Notes: generated from the sequence alone by a model not told the origin. Positions 1 through 9,999 are shown, numbered from the stretch's first letter. The stretch is 64,000 bases of DNA from Candidatus Gottesmanbacteria bacterium RIFCSPLOWO2_01_FULL_43_11b (GCA_001780985.1 MFJV01000001.1:428049-492048), one strand, 5' to 3'. A program made the numbers and translations.

Positions 1-532
1 GCTGATTCCAGAAAAGAAGTTGATGCCTGTGTGCTTTGCCCTCGTTGATATAATCTAAGAGGCGATTCCGCTGCCGCAATCCTCTTTCATAGGAAAGTAG
101 ATTTCTTCTATACTCTCTGTCTGCCTGAACAAGGACACTGTCAAGGTATCGCCGCCGCAAACTTGGGCTATCGGTAACTAGTTCCAAATCCTCAGGCCAA
201 AATAGAACTGCACGAAGGTTTCCTACAAAATCAATTTGCCGGCGCGCCACGCCATTGACGAAATATTTTTTTATTGTAGGAGTAATAATAAATTCAAGTT
301 TCGTTTCATCGATTGTTCCTTTTATTCTTGCAATATCAGATCCCCACCGGATAACTTCACGGTCATAATCTGCACGAAAACTTTTGCCCGTTGCCATAAG
401 CATAATCGCTTCAACAATATTAGTTTTCCCTGCTGCATTGGGACCAAGGATGAGTGTTGTTTTAGGAGAAAATGTAAATGATTTTTTCTCGTAGCTCCGG
501 AAGTTTTGAAGTGTGAGATTCGTCAATATCAT
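1..532 (-). CDS. recF: DNA replication/repair protein RecF (5' part; runs off window start)
   Basis: Manual translation from ATG at 532: MILTNLTLQNFRSYEKKSF...ILGPNAAGKTNIVEAI (Walker A)...VLFWPEDLELVTDSPSLRRRYLD; not in the ORF track because it is truncated. Confidence 0.9.
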   Translation of the reverse strand, partial: MILTNLTLQNFRSYEKKSFTFSPKTTLILGPNAAGKTNIVEAIMLMATGKSFRADYDREVIRWGSDIARIKGTIDETKLEFIITPTIKKYFVNGVARRQIDFVGNLRAVLFWPEDLELVTDSPSLRRRYLDSVLVQADREYRRNLLSYERGLRQRNRLLDYINEGKAHRHQLLFWNQ

Positions 533-1230
533 TTTATGGTCGTTCCGATGAAGGATTTATTGTCGAGGGCGAGGCCGAGGTTTTTGAGGTTTTTTCCGTT
601 GAGAATTTTGACTGTAATGCCGAGGTCTTGCGCAAGTTTACTCGCAATTGGATCAAATGGTGCGTGCATGCCTGGCGTCCATTTGTCTCCGATCATTTGT
701 CTATACTTTTTCCAGGAAATGTTGGTGAGGGGTTTTGCGTCGGGGAATTTTTTGGGGTCTTTCTCGTAGACATGGTCAATATTAGTCATATTAATAACAC
801 TCTTAATGCCGTAGTCCTGGCATAGCGTCACGGCACAGTAATCAGTGCTCCATCCCGGTTTCCATCCTCCGGCGATGGCGACAGGCTTGTCAATTTTGAG
901 AATAATTTCGTAGTGTTTAATCACCCGTGGATCGGCAATGTCCCTAAAAATAGTCCTAATCATTTGGGCGTTAAGACGTGTTGCGTGAATGCCCAACCAA
1001 TCGCGGTCAACGTCATCCAATTCCTCTCCGCGAACCTGACTTGCTGCTTGCTGGTAGTGCCGCGTGGTTCCCCCTCCCCCCACCGTAATAAAAAATCTCC
1101 TCTGCTTTGAGGAGACTTGGTTTCTTATAAACGTATTGAACTGTGAGAGAAAATTGGTGTCAACACCACCATTGGGGACGACGAGTGATCCCCCAAGAGA
1201 AAGTATGTATGCATTCTTGCCGTATATCAT
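529..1230 (-). CDS. pyrH: UMP kinase (archaeal-like type)
   Basis: LSLGGSL, VGGGGTTRHYQ, DWLGIHATRLNA, GGWKPGWSTD, PFDPIAS motifs; ATG at 1230 preferred. Confidence 0.9.
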   Translation of the reverse strand: MIYGKNAYILSLGGSLVVPNGGVDTNFLSQFNTFIRNQVSSKQRRFFITVGGGGTTRHYQQAASQVRGEELDDVDRDWLGIHATRLNAQMIRTIFRDIADPRVIKHYEIILKIDKPVAIAGGWKPGWSTDYCAVTLCQDYGIKSVINMTNIDHVYEKDPKKFPDAKPLTNISWKKYRQMIGDKWTPGMHAPFDPIASKLAQDLGITVKILNGKNLKNLGLALDNKSFIGTTIK

Positions 1231-1239
1231 CCTAACCCC

Positions 1240-1310
1240 TAAAAAACACGCCGCGCACACTTTTGGCGTGTTATTTTTGTATCTTAACCCAGGTATGCGT
1301 GAACTGTCAA
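1240..1310 (-). promoter_or_regulatory. Promoter (TTGACA-18-TAAGAT) followed by a terminator-like hairpin just upstream of pyrH
   Basis: Minus strand TTGACA 1310-1305, TAAGAT 1286-1281, then AACACGCC-12nt-GGCGTGTT and a T run. Confidence 0.5.
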
Positions 1311-1323
1311 ACAGCCGTCTTCT

Positions 1324-2115
1324 TTAAGTTAATTTCACAAGTCTTCCGTATTCACGTGCTTTTTCAAACATAATGGAAAAAAACCAAATCGAAAAAACGA
1401 GATATACGGTGTTTAGTAACAGAGCAAACACGAGATTAGTTGAAATTACATTACTCTCAAACATGAATCTTCTCATTTCCTCAAACACGTACGTTGTAGG
1501 CAATACGATGGCTATTTTTTGCGCCCATGGGGGGATAAAAGACAGGGGGTAAAGGACACAAGAAAATGGTTGAACGATAACGACGATAGCCCAGGCAATT
1601 TCCTGCATTGACAAGCCATACCGAAGGATAAGCCCATTGACAATGAACCCCAAAGAAATTCCAAACAAGAGTAAGTTTATGAAAAAAATTGGTATCAACG
1701 GACCGAAAGAAGAAAAAATATTAAAATTGTAGAGCACCATTGATCCTATCGTTAAACTGAGCGCGGTTGCAAACATTTTTATTATCCCAATAACCACTAA
1801 AGCAGTTAAATATTCTGTTTTTGTTAACGGCGAGGCAAAAAGATTTAAAATATTTTTGTTCCACAACTCGTCGATGAAATTGATTGAAACTTCCCGCTGC
1901 GGCTGAACGACAATTTCCCAAAAAATAATGGCGCCAATAATTACAGTGATAAAAGAAAAAGTGCTTGAAGAACTACTTTGAAGAAAAGAGATCGCCAGTC
2001 CCCAGATGAGGAGTCCAAAAAACGGCCACCCGAACGTCCACATGAATCGCTCCGGCGATCTAGGCCAGATATACAAATGTCTCAGAATGATTGCCGCTAT
2101 TCTATGTGTACTCAT
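1324..2115 (-). CDS. ABC-2 type transporter permease
   Basis: About 6 hydrophobic segments, NILNLFASPL motif, downstream of ABC ATPase. Confidence 0.85.
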   Translation of the reverse strand: MSTHRIAAIILRHLYIWPRSPERFMWTFGWPFFGLLIWGLAISFLQSSSSSTFSFITVIIGAIIFWEIVVQPQREVSINFIDELWNKNILNLFASPLTKTEYLTALVVIGIIKMFATALSLTIGSMVLYNFNIFSSFGPLIPIFFINLLLFGISLGFIVNGLILRYGLSMQEIAWAIVVIVQPFSCVLYPLSFIPPWAQKIAIVLPTTYVFEEMRRFMFESNVISTNLVFALLLNTVYLVFSIWFFSIMFEKAREYGRLVKLT

Positions 2116-3025
2116 ACCTACCCCTCATAGCGTGTAAGAAAAAATCTTCCAGCGTCGGTTTTTCAATGGTGATTTGAGAATATTTAAGACGCGCTAAGGA
2201 CAATCTCCCTAACAACTGACCGACGTTTTCTTCCTCTGTGTCAACCTGAACCTCTTTCTCGTCGAAAGAAAATGTATACTGATAATTCTTCAGTAACGTT
2301 ACTGCTTTCGTTCTCTGGACATCAAAGAGAAGAAGCACTCGACAAAACTTTACTCTCTTTGCCAAGCCAGTAGGAGTATCTTCGGCAATAATGTTTCCTC
2401 TGTTGAGAAAGATGACCCGGTCACATATTTCGGTAACTTCTGCCATGTTGTGAGACGTAAAAAGAACTGACATATTATCTGTCTTAACCTTCTTCTTAAT
2501 ATATTTCCTGATAAGATCGGCTACATCAGGGTCCAAAAATGCTGTCGGTTCATCAAGGAGCAAAAGCCGCGGATCGTTAATAAATGCCTTACAGAGATAG
2601 AGACTCGTCAATTGACCGGAAGACAACGTGTCGGTTATTGCATCTTTCAATGCGGTAAGTCTGAACTCTGTTATCAATGTATCAATCTTCTGTTTATACT
2701 CTTCGACTTCGTACAGTCTGCCAAAAATATGCAAATTTTCCCAAACTTTAAGCCGCCATGGTAAGTTGACGTACGCTGCTGAAAAGTTCATTTGTTTCAA
2801 AATCTTGACCCGATGTTCCTCAAACGGCAATCCAAAAACGTTGATCGTGCCCAAGGTCGGCGTTGTTAACCCAAGCAGCATATCTATAGTCGTCGTTTTT
2901 CCCGCTCCGTTTGGACCTAATAATCCCACGATCTCCCCTTCCTTGACCGAAAAGGAAATATTATCAACGGCTGTGAAGTCACCAAATTGTTTGGTTAAAT
3001 TTTTAACCTCTAAAATATGCTCCAT
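2102..3025 (-). CDS. ABC transporter ATP-binding protein
   Basis: GPNGAGKTT, LSSGQ, LLLLDEPT, SH switch. Confidence 0.95.
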   Translation of the reverse strand: MEHILEVKNLTKQFGDFTAVDNISFSVKEGEIVGLLGPNGAGKTTTIDMLLGLTTPTLGTINVFGLPFEEHRVKILKQMNFSAAYVNLPWRLKVWENLHIFGRLYEVEEYKQKIDTLITEFRLTALKDAITDTLSSGQLTSLYLCKAFINDPRLLLLDEPTAFLDPDVADLIRKYIKKKVKTDNMSVLFTSHNMAEVTEICDRVIFLNRGNIIAEDTPTGLAKRVKFCRVLLLFDVQRTKAVTLLKNYQYTFSFDEKEVQVDTEEENVGQLLGRLSLARLKYSQITIEKPTLEDFFLHAMRGRYEYT

Positions 3026-3042
3026 GAGGCTAAGTATACGCG

Positions 3043-4128
3043 CTACCCAGGCTGTTTTGAAGATACAAACCGGGTAAGTTCCTTTTTAAACCGTTCTTTG
3101 CTGAATTTTTTTGCTTGGTTGATGCAGTCCTCCGTGCGAAATTTCATTTTCTCAAATTTCCGTACTGCGGAGGTGAAGTTCTGTTTAAAAAATATTCCCG
3201 TTTTACCCTCAATGACTGATTCTGTATAGCCCCCGCCCGCGTATGCGATAACGGGAGTGCCCATTGCCATCGCCTCAACCGGTGTCATACCAAAGTCTTC
3301 ATCCATAGAAAGTGCAAGAAATGCTTTGGCGCCCGCATATAATCTATGCAACTCTTCATCGCCCACATGTCCCAAAAATTCTACAGTTTTACCGGCAATT
3401 GCTTTCAATCGCTCCTGATCCGGACCGGTGCCCACAATCTTGAGTGGTAATTTTTCCTTGTTGGCCATCCGAATGGCAATCTCAACATTCTTCGGCTGTG
3501 CAAGTCTGCTTACCACCAAATAGTACCCCTTCAAGTACCCCTTCAAGGAGACTCCTTGAAGTTGCATTTGGTTTTCGATAGGAGGGTAAATTACTTTAGA
3601 GTCCCGCCTATAAAATTTTTTTATGCGAGAGGCTGTTTCTTTTGAATTAGCAATAAAATAATCAACCCGTTGTGCAGCATCATAGTCGTAGTGACGCATG
3701 AAAAAGCCGACAATTATCCCATAAATTTTGGCAAGTATACTCTGTTTTGATGTCGTATATCCGTATAACCACCTGGGAGGTGTGTGGCAGTAGCAAATTT
3801 CGATCGCTTTGCCTTTCTTGGCAAACCCTTTTGTTATGTACCAGCTTGATGACCCAATAATCACGTCATAACCAGAAAAGTCGAATGAGTTCCAAATCGC
3901 CGAAGCCAAAAATCGCAGAGGGCTGTGGAGTTTTGTCGAAAATCCAGGAATATGGTGCGCCCATGATACACGCACGTCCTTATCCTTGAATCGTTCCCAT
4001 GCTGGGGAGCCAGGATTGTAAAATGCTGTATAAATCGGCGCATCCGGCCATATTTCACTCATGGCAAGTAAAACTCTTTCTGCGCCGCCAAACTCTGCCA
4101 ATTGGTCATGAACCAATGCTATTTTCAT
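3043..4128 (-). CDS. Glycosyltransferase family 4
   Basis: MKIALVHD...GGAERV; EDFGMTPVEAMAMG (EX7E). Confidence 0.92.
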   Translation of the reverse strand: MKIALVHDQLAEFGGAERVLLAMSEIWPDAPIYTAFYNPGSPAWERFKDKDVRVSWAHHIPGFSTKLHSPLRFLASAIWNSFDFSGYDVIIGSSSWYITKGFAKKGKAIEICYCHTPPRWLYGYTTSKQSILAKIYGIIVGFFMRHYDYDAAQRVDYFIANSKETASRIKKFYRRDSKVIYPPIENQMQLQGVSLKGYLKGYYLVVSRLAQPKNVEIAIRMANKEKLPLKIVGTGPDQERLKAIAGKTVEFLGHVGDEELHRLYAGAKAFLALSMDEDFGMTPVEAMAMGTPVIAYAGGGYTESVIEGKTGIFFKQNFTSAVRKFEKMKFRTEDCINQAKKFSKERFKKELTRFVSSKQPG

Positions 4129-4985
4129 ACAAGCGAAAGTTGTGAATTTGTCGGTTTTTTCTCGAATAATTTTAAACGTTTCAGAAGTGAGGGAAAGTGG
4201 AAATCTTCGAGTGCTTTGCGAGCGCTCGGCGTATCCAAAGTTGTTAATCGGGCTTTGTCTAAATCAATTTTAACTGGTGCGTCGGTACGGATTGTAGCGA
4301 GTTTTTGGCTCAAAAGTGCGCTTTCTTGATCTTTCTTTGTAAGCGTTGCAAGAACTTTTTGAAACGTTTTGTGTTTTTCTAAGAGTCTTACCGCAGTCTT
4401 TGGGCCGATACCAGAAACTCCGGGATAGTTATCCGAAGGATCGCCGGCAAGCGCTTTAAAATTGGGAACTTGAGACGGTTTTACTCCCATCCTTTCAACG
4501 ACTTCTTTCTCCCCATACAATTTCCCTTCGGATAATCCTTTTGTCGGCATAAAAACAAATACTTTTTCATCATCAACTAACTGCAAAATATCCCGATCTC
4601 CTGTCACAATAATTACTTGATTCTTCGATTGTTTAGTAATTGTGCCGATAACGTCGTCTGCCTCAAACCCGTCAACTTCATAAATTGGTATACCAAAAGA
4701 AGTAACCACGTCATGCACTTTGTCTACCTGGCCGACAAGATTATCTTCCATTTTCGGCCGCTGTGCCTGATATTCCTTAAATAACTCCTGGCGAAACGTT
4801 GGCGCTGCCCGGTCAAACGCAACGGCAATATGCGTCGGCTTTAGGTCATTATAAATTTTTATGAGCATTGAGATAAATCCGTAGACAGCTCCTGCTGGTG
4901 ATCCGTCAGAAAAAGTGAATGGAGGGATGGCGTGGTAGGCGCGGTGGAGAATGGCATTGCCGTCAATGAGAACGAGGCGATTCAT
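4125..4985 (-). CDS. Stand-alone 5'-3' exonuclease (PolA N-terminal domain only)
   Basis: LIDGNAILHRAYHA, FEADDVIGT, TGDRD, GDPSDNYPGVSGIGPKTA; no polymerase domain. Confidence 0.9.
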   Translation of the reverse strand: MNRLVLIDGNAILHRAYHAIPPFTFSDGSPAGAVYGFISMLIKIYNDLKPTHIAVAFDRAAPTFRQELFKEYQAQRPKMEDNLVGQVDKVHDVVTSFGIPIYEVDGFEADDVIGTITKQSKNQVIIVTGDRDILQLVDDEKVFVFMPTKGLSEGKLYGEKEVVERMGVKPSQVPNFKALAGDPSDNYPGVSGIGPKTAVRLLEKHKTFQKVLATLTKKDQESALLSQKLATIRTDAPVKIDLDKARLTTLDTPSARKALEDFHFPSLLKRLKLFEKKPTNSQLSLV

Positions 4986-6877
4986 GATTCAGAAACATTG
5001 ATTTTTTTCTTCGGGCCACCCATCAATTTCTCAAATTCTTCTCCTTCCAAGGTTTCCTTTTTCACTAACTCTGCAGCAATAAGATCGAGTTTTTTTCGAT
5101 TTTTTCGTATTACCTCAAGCGCGCGTTTGTACCCTTCATCGAGAATCTTTTTCATCTCACGGTCAATTGCGCCAAGCATATCAGGCGACACGTTTTGCTG
5201 CTCATAAAACGCTTTCCCCCATTCCGTCACGTCCGAGTGTGGTCCAAAATTGATAGGCCCCAAATCACTCATTCCAAATTCCGCAACCATGTAACGGGCG
5301 ATACGGGTTGCTTGATTGATGTCGTTAGCAGCTCCGCTTGTCATTTCGTTAAATACTATTTGTTCAGCAGCCCTCCCTCCCATCGTCATTGCAATTTCGT
5401 CAATTAAGCGTGAACGGGTCTCATGCAATCGATCTTTCTCCGGCGGGGCCATGGTAAACCCGAGCGCCATACCGCGGGAAACAATACTAATCCGGTGCAC
5501 TGGATCAAGATGCGGGCTATAGTAATTAACAACCCCATGCCCAGCCTCGTGGTAGGCAGTCATTTTACGATCAAGGTCAGTTTGAAGTCTCTTTTTCTCA
5601 GGACCGAGTTTCACTTTTGTTGCTGCCTCTTCAATATCAGTCATATCGATTTCTTTTTTGTTTTCTCGGGCTGCAAGAATTGCTGATTCATTGAGCATAT
5701 TCTCAAGATCCGCTCCGGAAAATCCGACGGTCCTCTTGGCAACTTTTTCCCAATTGACTACCTTTGCATATGGTTTTCCTTTGGCATGAATCGAAAGAAT
5801 TGCTTTCCGTCCTTCCAAATCAGGGAGATCAAGACTCACTCTGCGATCAAATCTGCCGGGGCGAAGCAGAGCTGAATCAAGGAGGTCGCCACGATTCGTT
5901 GCTGCTATAACCATAACAGCAGTATTGGGCTCAAATCCATCCATTTCGACGAGAATTTGATTAAGCGTTTGCTCGCGTTCGTCGTGGCCGCCCATTATCC
6001 CGACACTTCGCATTCTCCCGATGGCATCGATTTCATCAATAAAGATAATTGCAGGTGCACTTTTTTTGGCTTGGGCAAAAAGGTCGCGGACACGGGCAGC
6101 ACCGACGCCGACAAGCATTTCCATAAACTCGCTTCCGGCAATTGAGAAAAACGGTACTTTCGCCTCTCCTGCCACAGCTTTGGCAAGGAGGGTTTTCCCT
6201 GTTCCGCTTGGACCGATGAGGATTACCCCTTTCGGTGTTCTTGCACCAAGCGCACGGTATTTTGCAGGATTTTTGAGAAAATCGACAACTTCCTCAAGCT
6301 CTTTTTTCGCTTCATCGACTCCGGCAACATCGGCAAACGTCACTTTGGGTAAATCTTTACTAAATACACGTGCGCGGGATTGTCCGAATGAAAATACGCT
6401 ATCCTGAGCGCCACGTGCTTGACGGAAAAGAAAGAGGAAAAAAACAACAGTCAAAACAAGCGGCAAAACGTTGCCAATGATACCCATCCAGATTTGCGCC
6501 ATAGATAAATCTTTCACTTTAATCTCCACTGTATTTGAGGCAACGCCTGCTGATTCGAGGAGTTTATAGAGTGATTCCTGAGGTTCTTTATGAGAAATAA
6601 ATTTCGTGCCGTCTTTATAAGAAACCGTAAGCCTGCTTTCCTCCACTTCAATCGTAGTTACTTTACCGTCTTTAACGTCAGCAATCACCGTTGATAGCGG
6701 CTTTTCAACGAGAGACGACACTTGACTGCCGAGACTACCCAGAGCCGAGAAAATGAGGAAGGCGATAAAAAGGGCAATGAAGATGTTTTTGAAATTAAAG
6801 TTCATCCGCATCTCAAAAACTTTTTTTCCCTTTTTCCCATTTCCGTTTTTCTTTTTAAGGCTATTTTTTTCTGCCAT
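4982..6877 (-). CDS. ftsH: ATP-dependent zinc metalloprotease FtsH
   Basis: 2 TM segments, [27 protein letters not shown]. Confidence 0.98.
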   Translation of the reverse strand: MAEKNSLKKKNGNGKKGKKVFEMRMNFNFKNIFIALFIAFLIFSALGSLGSQVSSLVEKPLSTVIADVKDGKVTTIEVEESRLTVSYKDGTKFISHKEPQESLYKLLESAGVASNTVEIKVKDLSMAQIWMGIIGNVLPLVLTVVFFLFLFRQARGAQDSVFSFGQSRARVFSKDLPKVTFADVAGVDEAKKELEEVVDFLKNPAKYRALGARTPKGVILIGPSGTGKTLLAKAVAGEAKVPFFSIAGSEFMEMLVGVGAARVRDLFAQAKKSAPAIIFIDEIDAIGRMRSVGIMGGHDEREQTLNQILVEMDGFEPNTAVMVIAATNRGDLLDSALLRPGRFDRRVSLDLPDLEGRKAILSIHAKGKPYAKVVNWEKVAKRTVGFSGADLENMLNESAILAARENKKEIDMTDIEEAATKVKLGPEKKRLQTDLDRKMTAYHEAGHGVVNYYSPHLDPVHRISIVSRGMALGFTMAPPEKDRLHETRSRLIDEIAMTMGGRAAEQIVFNEMTSGAANDINQATRIARYMVAEFGMSDLGPINFGPHSDVTEWGKAFYEQQNVSPDMLGAIDREMKKILDEGYKRALEVIRKNRKKLDLIAAELVKKETLEGEEFEKLMGGPKKKINVSES

Positions 6878-7046
6878 ATCAGGTAGTGAAATTTCGACCT
6901 TTGCTTTTTACGCTTTCGAAATTCCAGTGTTATTTTCTTTCAATACATTATACGATACGCAAACCCCAGGTAATCGTGCATTTCGAGCAAAGTATGAGAA
7001 AGCGTGTCGAAATTCTACTACCTGGATACGAGGCTCAAGTATACCA
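6875..7046 (-). promoter_or_regulatory. Structured ftsH 5' leader with extended -10 promoter
   Basis: TGGTATACT at 7046-7038; imperfect inverted repeat 6880-6898 / 7006-7024 (17 of 19) that extends over the start codon. Confidence 0.55.
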
Positions 7047-7050
7047 CGAT

Positions 7051-7314
7051 TTAACGTAAAACGTTTTTAAGAAGTTTGTAGACTTCTCTGCGATGCGCAA
7101 TGGTGACGATATCTATTGATGTTTTTGATTTTCTGTATACAATGCGATATGTCCCCACCCGCACTCGGTATGCGTTAGGAAATCCAGAAAGTTTTTCTTC
7201 ATGAGATATAGGCGGCCGAGAAAATAATTTAATTTTTTGTGCTACTGCAATTTGATCAAATTTTGGGAGATTACGGAGATCTTTCTCTGCACGAGGCAAA
7301 AAAGTGACATTCAT
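7051..7314 (-). CDS. RelE/ParE family toxin
   Basis: 87 aa, KLSG...YRVRVGTYRIVY...IAHRREVY. Confidence 0.9.
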   Translation of the reverse strand: MNVTFLPRAEKDLRNLPKFDQIAVAQKIKLFSRPPISHEEKLSGFPNAYRVRVGTYRIVYRKSKTSIDIVTIAHRREVYKLLKNVLR

Positions 7315-7550
7315 AATCCAAGATCTCTAAACACGTCTTCTGCTTTACGTCGCTTGGAAAAATCTGCATTCTTGAATGCCCGCTTATCGATGTAATCTTC
7401 AATAAAAGTCACCATTGCTTCATATAAATTTTTACCAAGAACATATCCTTGTACTTTATTTCTATTTTCCACCGCCACAGGATAATCCGCTGCTTGCGAA
7501 ATCACGGCAGAAGGGTTCATTTTAAGCTGAGAAATAGACGTTGTGGTCAT
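7311..7550 (-). CDS. Phd/YefM-like antitoxin
   Basis: TTSISQLKMNPSAVI...PVAVENRNK; ATGA overlap with toxin. Confidence 0.8.
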   Translation of the reverse strand: MTTTSISQLKMNPSAVISQAADYPVAVENRNKVQGYVLGKNLYEAMVTFIEDYIDKRAFKNADFSKRRKAEDVFRDLGL

Positions 7551-7661
7551 GTCAGGATATAATACCTATTAACAGGTCTCTTGTCAAGACCAATAAACTG
7601 GTCTTATCGAATTTTTGCTCCTACTGGCATACCCTCGGCGGAGATAAAAAGGAGCTTGGAT

Positions 7662-8714
7662 TTATCGCTGAAAACTATATTTTGTCACTAATCCAATCGC
7701 CTCCCTCACTTCTTTCATTGTTTGTCCCGCAACGATAAGTGCTCGTTCTTGTCCCTTTTTAAGAATATCCGTAACTACATTCGGATTTGCCTTAAGTTCT
7801 TCGTATGCTTTCCTTGCCGGAGCAAAATAATTCATTAACGTCTGAAATAAATATTCTTTAACCTCAACGTCTGCAATTTTCCCTGCTTTGTAGCGTTCTT
7901 TAAGAGCTGATAACTCGCTTGCCCCGCGAAGCCTTGGCGAAGTGGGGCCAAAAAAATCCAAGTAGGTAAAGACCATATTCCCTTCTATGTGTCCCGGGTC
8001 TGTCGCGTGCTTTCTGGTTGGATCCGTGTAGGTTCCCATTACCTGTTTTTTAATCGCTTCTTCCGAATCAAACATTGCAATAACATTTCCCAATGTTTTA
8101 CTCATTTTCCGTTTGCCGTCAGTTCCTAAAACGACTGCGACTTCCTCCGGAATATACGGCTCTGGCAATGTAAATACTTGTTTCTTAAAAATTTTATTGA
8201 AGCGCTCGGCAATATCTCTCGTAATTTCTATATGCTGTTTTTGATCTTTGCCCACCGGCACCAAATCCGCTTGGTACAAAAGAATGTCTGCAGCCATGAG
8301 CATGGGATAGGAAAACAATCCCACATTGATATCTTCCTCCATTGCGTTACCGGCAAGCTTATCTTTGTATGCATGGGCGCGCTTGAGAAGCCCCAGTGGA
8401 GTCACGTTATTGAGAATTGATTGGCACTCAGTATGCATCGGCACATCTGACTGGCGGAAAAACACAATTTTTTCAAATTCATCTTTACTCAAAAATCCGC
8501 GCAGAAGCGCGAGTTCATTGAGAATTAATATTTCTATATTATTCTGCAGTTGTTTCTTGTCCTGAATAGTCGTGAGCCCATGCAAATCCGCGACCATTAA
8601 AAAGGTCTCATTCGACTTGGCTAATTCGATAAACTGCCGCACGGCGCCTAGGTAATTACCGATATGCAAACTCCCGTCGCCGCTTGGTGTAATCCCAGAC
8701 AAAAATCGTTTCAT
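7662..8714 (-). CDS. trpS: Tryptophan--tRNA ligase
   Basis: LHIGNYLGA, YPMLMAADIL, VPVGKDQKQH, KMSKT. Confidence 0.98.
   Translation of the reverse strand: MKRFLSGITPSGDGSLHIGNYLGAVRQFIELAKSNETFLMVADLHGLTTIQDKKQLQNNIEILILNELALLRGFLSKDEFEKIVFFRQSDVPMHTECQSILNNVTPLGLLKRAHAYKDKLAGNAMEEDINVGLFSYPMLMAADILLYQADLVPVGKDQKQHIEITRDIAERFNKIFKKQVFTLPEPYIPEEVAVVLGTDGKRKMSKTLGNVIAMFDSEEAIKKQVMGTYTDPTRKHATDPGHIEGNMVFTYLDFFGPTSPRLRGASELSALKERYKAGKIADVEVKEYLFQTLMNYFAPARKAYEELKANPNVVTDILKKGQERALIVAGQTMKEVREAIGLVTKYSFQR
7921..7948. repeat. GC-rich REP-like element inside trpS
   Basis: GCCCCGCGAAGCCTTGGCGAAGTGGGGC, encoding PTSPRLRGA. Confidence 0.7.
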
Positions 8715-8723
8715 AGATTCTCC

Positions 8724-9044
8724 TTATTGTAACAAATATACAAACTTGCTTCGTTTACGTCGAATTTTTTTTATCGCTCTTCCAATCGCTCGACGCTCAT
8801 GAACACTAAGATTTTCATAATGTTGTCCAAATCTTGCAAGACTTTCTGTATTACTCAGAGCCTTAGTAATTCGCATTAAATATGCCGTATTACTTTCTTT
8901 ATATTCATCATAGTAAATTCCATGATTATAAAATCGGCGACGAAAACCGAGTTTTGGACCAAGAGTAATAAGTCCGGCCTTGTTAAGTTCACCACTATGT
9001 ACGAGTTTATTGAGTCCATTTACTAACGATTCAACTTTAGACAT
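8724..9044 (-). CDS. Hypothetical basic protein
   Basis: 106-aa ORF with GGAGGTGA Shine-Dalgarno, co-oriented with trpS. Confidence 0.6.
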   Translation of the reverse strand: MSKVESLVNGLNKLVHSGELNKAGLITLGPKLGFRRRFYNHGIYYDEYKESNTAYLMRITKALSNTESLARFGQHYENLSVHERRAIGRAIKKIRRKRSKFVYLLQ

Positions 9045-9080
9045 ATTTTTTCACCTCCCTTCAAAATAATTTACTTTGTA

Positions 9081-9320
9081 TTAAATGCGGTACGTACGCT
9101 TCGTTTTACATTCGCTACAATTCAAGTAATACGATCGCACTCCTATGCTTCCCACCCGCGGATCTCCACTACTAACCATTACTATTTCACTCTCTGTAGT
9201 TAGTGTCCCTTTTCCACTGCATCCTTTTGCATGCGGAAATCTCAACTTCAGTTCATACATCGTCGGTAACAATGCAAACGTTTCACGCGCATATCTCAAT
9301 AAATTACTGAGCTCTTTCAT
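9081..9320 (-). CDS. Small hypothetical protein, possible zinc ribbon
   Basis: HAKGC...CSEC; GGAGGTGA upstream of ATG 9320. Confidence 0.55.
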   Translation of the reverse strand: MKELSNLLRYARETFALLPTMYELKLRFPHAKGCSGKGTLTTESEIVMVSSGDPRVGSIGVRSYYLNCSECKTKRTYRI

Positions 9321-9975
9321 GTGTATCACCTCCTTTCAAAATAATTTCCCGCGCTATTAGGCCATAAAATCCTTGTTTTATGTACGCTTTCTCTCCGTAC
9401 AAAACCGGAATTATGCCATCCTGCGCACGAACAAAATTTTGGTAATTTCCTGGTTCCTCAATCTTTCCAAAAACTTCATAAACACGAACTGATTGAGGTT
9501 TAATTCCATTGTTTTTCAACTTCATGACAATTTGCTGTGCTAAGTCAAATGACCTCTGATCTTTATGTGCACCGACCTCAACTGAAACACCATCTCTAAA
9601 ATTTATGAGCGCATGTCCCTTTTTAATGTTGTGACGCATATGAACAACGTGTTCGACCCCAAGAGAACTCGCCAATGGGATCATTGACTCGTCAACGACA
9701 ATAGCAAACGGTGGTGAATCACACGAAAACGTATGAAAATCGATAACCAAACCGTGGCTATTCAATTTTTTAAGCACTTGGGGTGCTCGCAACTGTTCAT
9801 ACAAAACTCCTCTCACTCCAAATGATGCGTTTAAATCGAGATTTATAAAGCGCCTATTCAAAAGCAACGCGAGCGGATTGCCAATTACGTGCTTCTCCCC
9901 TATCTGTCGGAGTGCACGATGTGGCATCGTCTCATTGCCGTGAATCGCTGTAACAAATTGAAATTCATGATTCAT
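9304..9975 (-). CDS. Succinylglutamate desuccinylase/aspartoacylase (M14-like) family protein
   Basis: AIHGNE, RF..DLNASF, VIDFHT motifs; start MNHEF because the longer ORF runs into the T-box terminator. Confidence 0.8.
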   Translation of the reverse strand: MNHEFQFVTAIHGNETMPHRALRQIGEKHVIGNPLALLLNRRFINLDLNASFGVRGVLYEQLRAPQVLKKLNSHGLVIDFHTFSCDSPPFAIVVDESMIPLASSLGVEHVVHMRHNIKKGHALINFRDGVSVEVGAHKDQRSFDLAQQIVMKLKNNGIKPQSVRVYEVFGKIEEPGNYQNFVRAQDGIIPVLYGEKAYIKQGFYGLIAREIILKGGDTHERAQ

Positions 9976-9999
9976 ATTTTTCTCTTTTCTTCGACCAAT

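Noticed and set aside
6880-7024. CIRCE element upstream of ftsH
   Set aside because: Does not match TTAGCACTC-N9-GAGTGCTAA.
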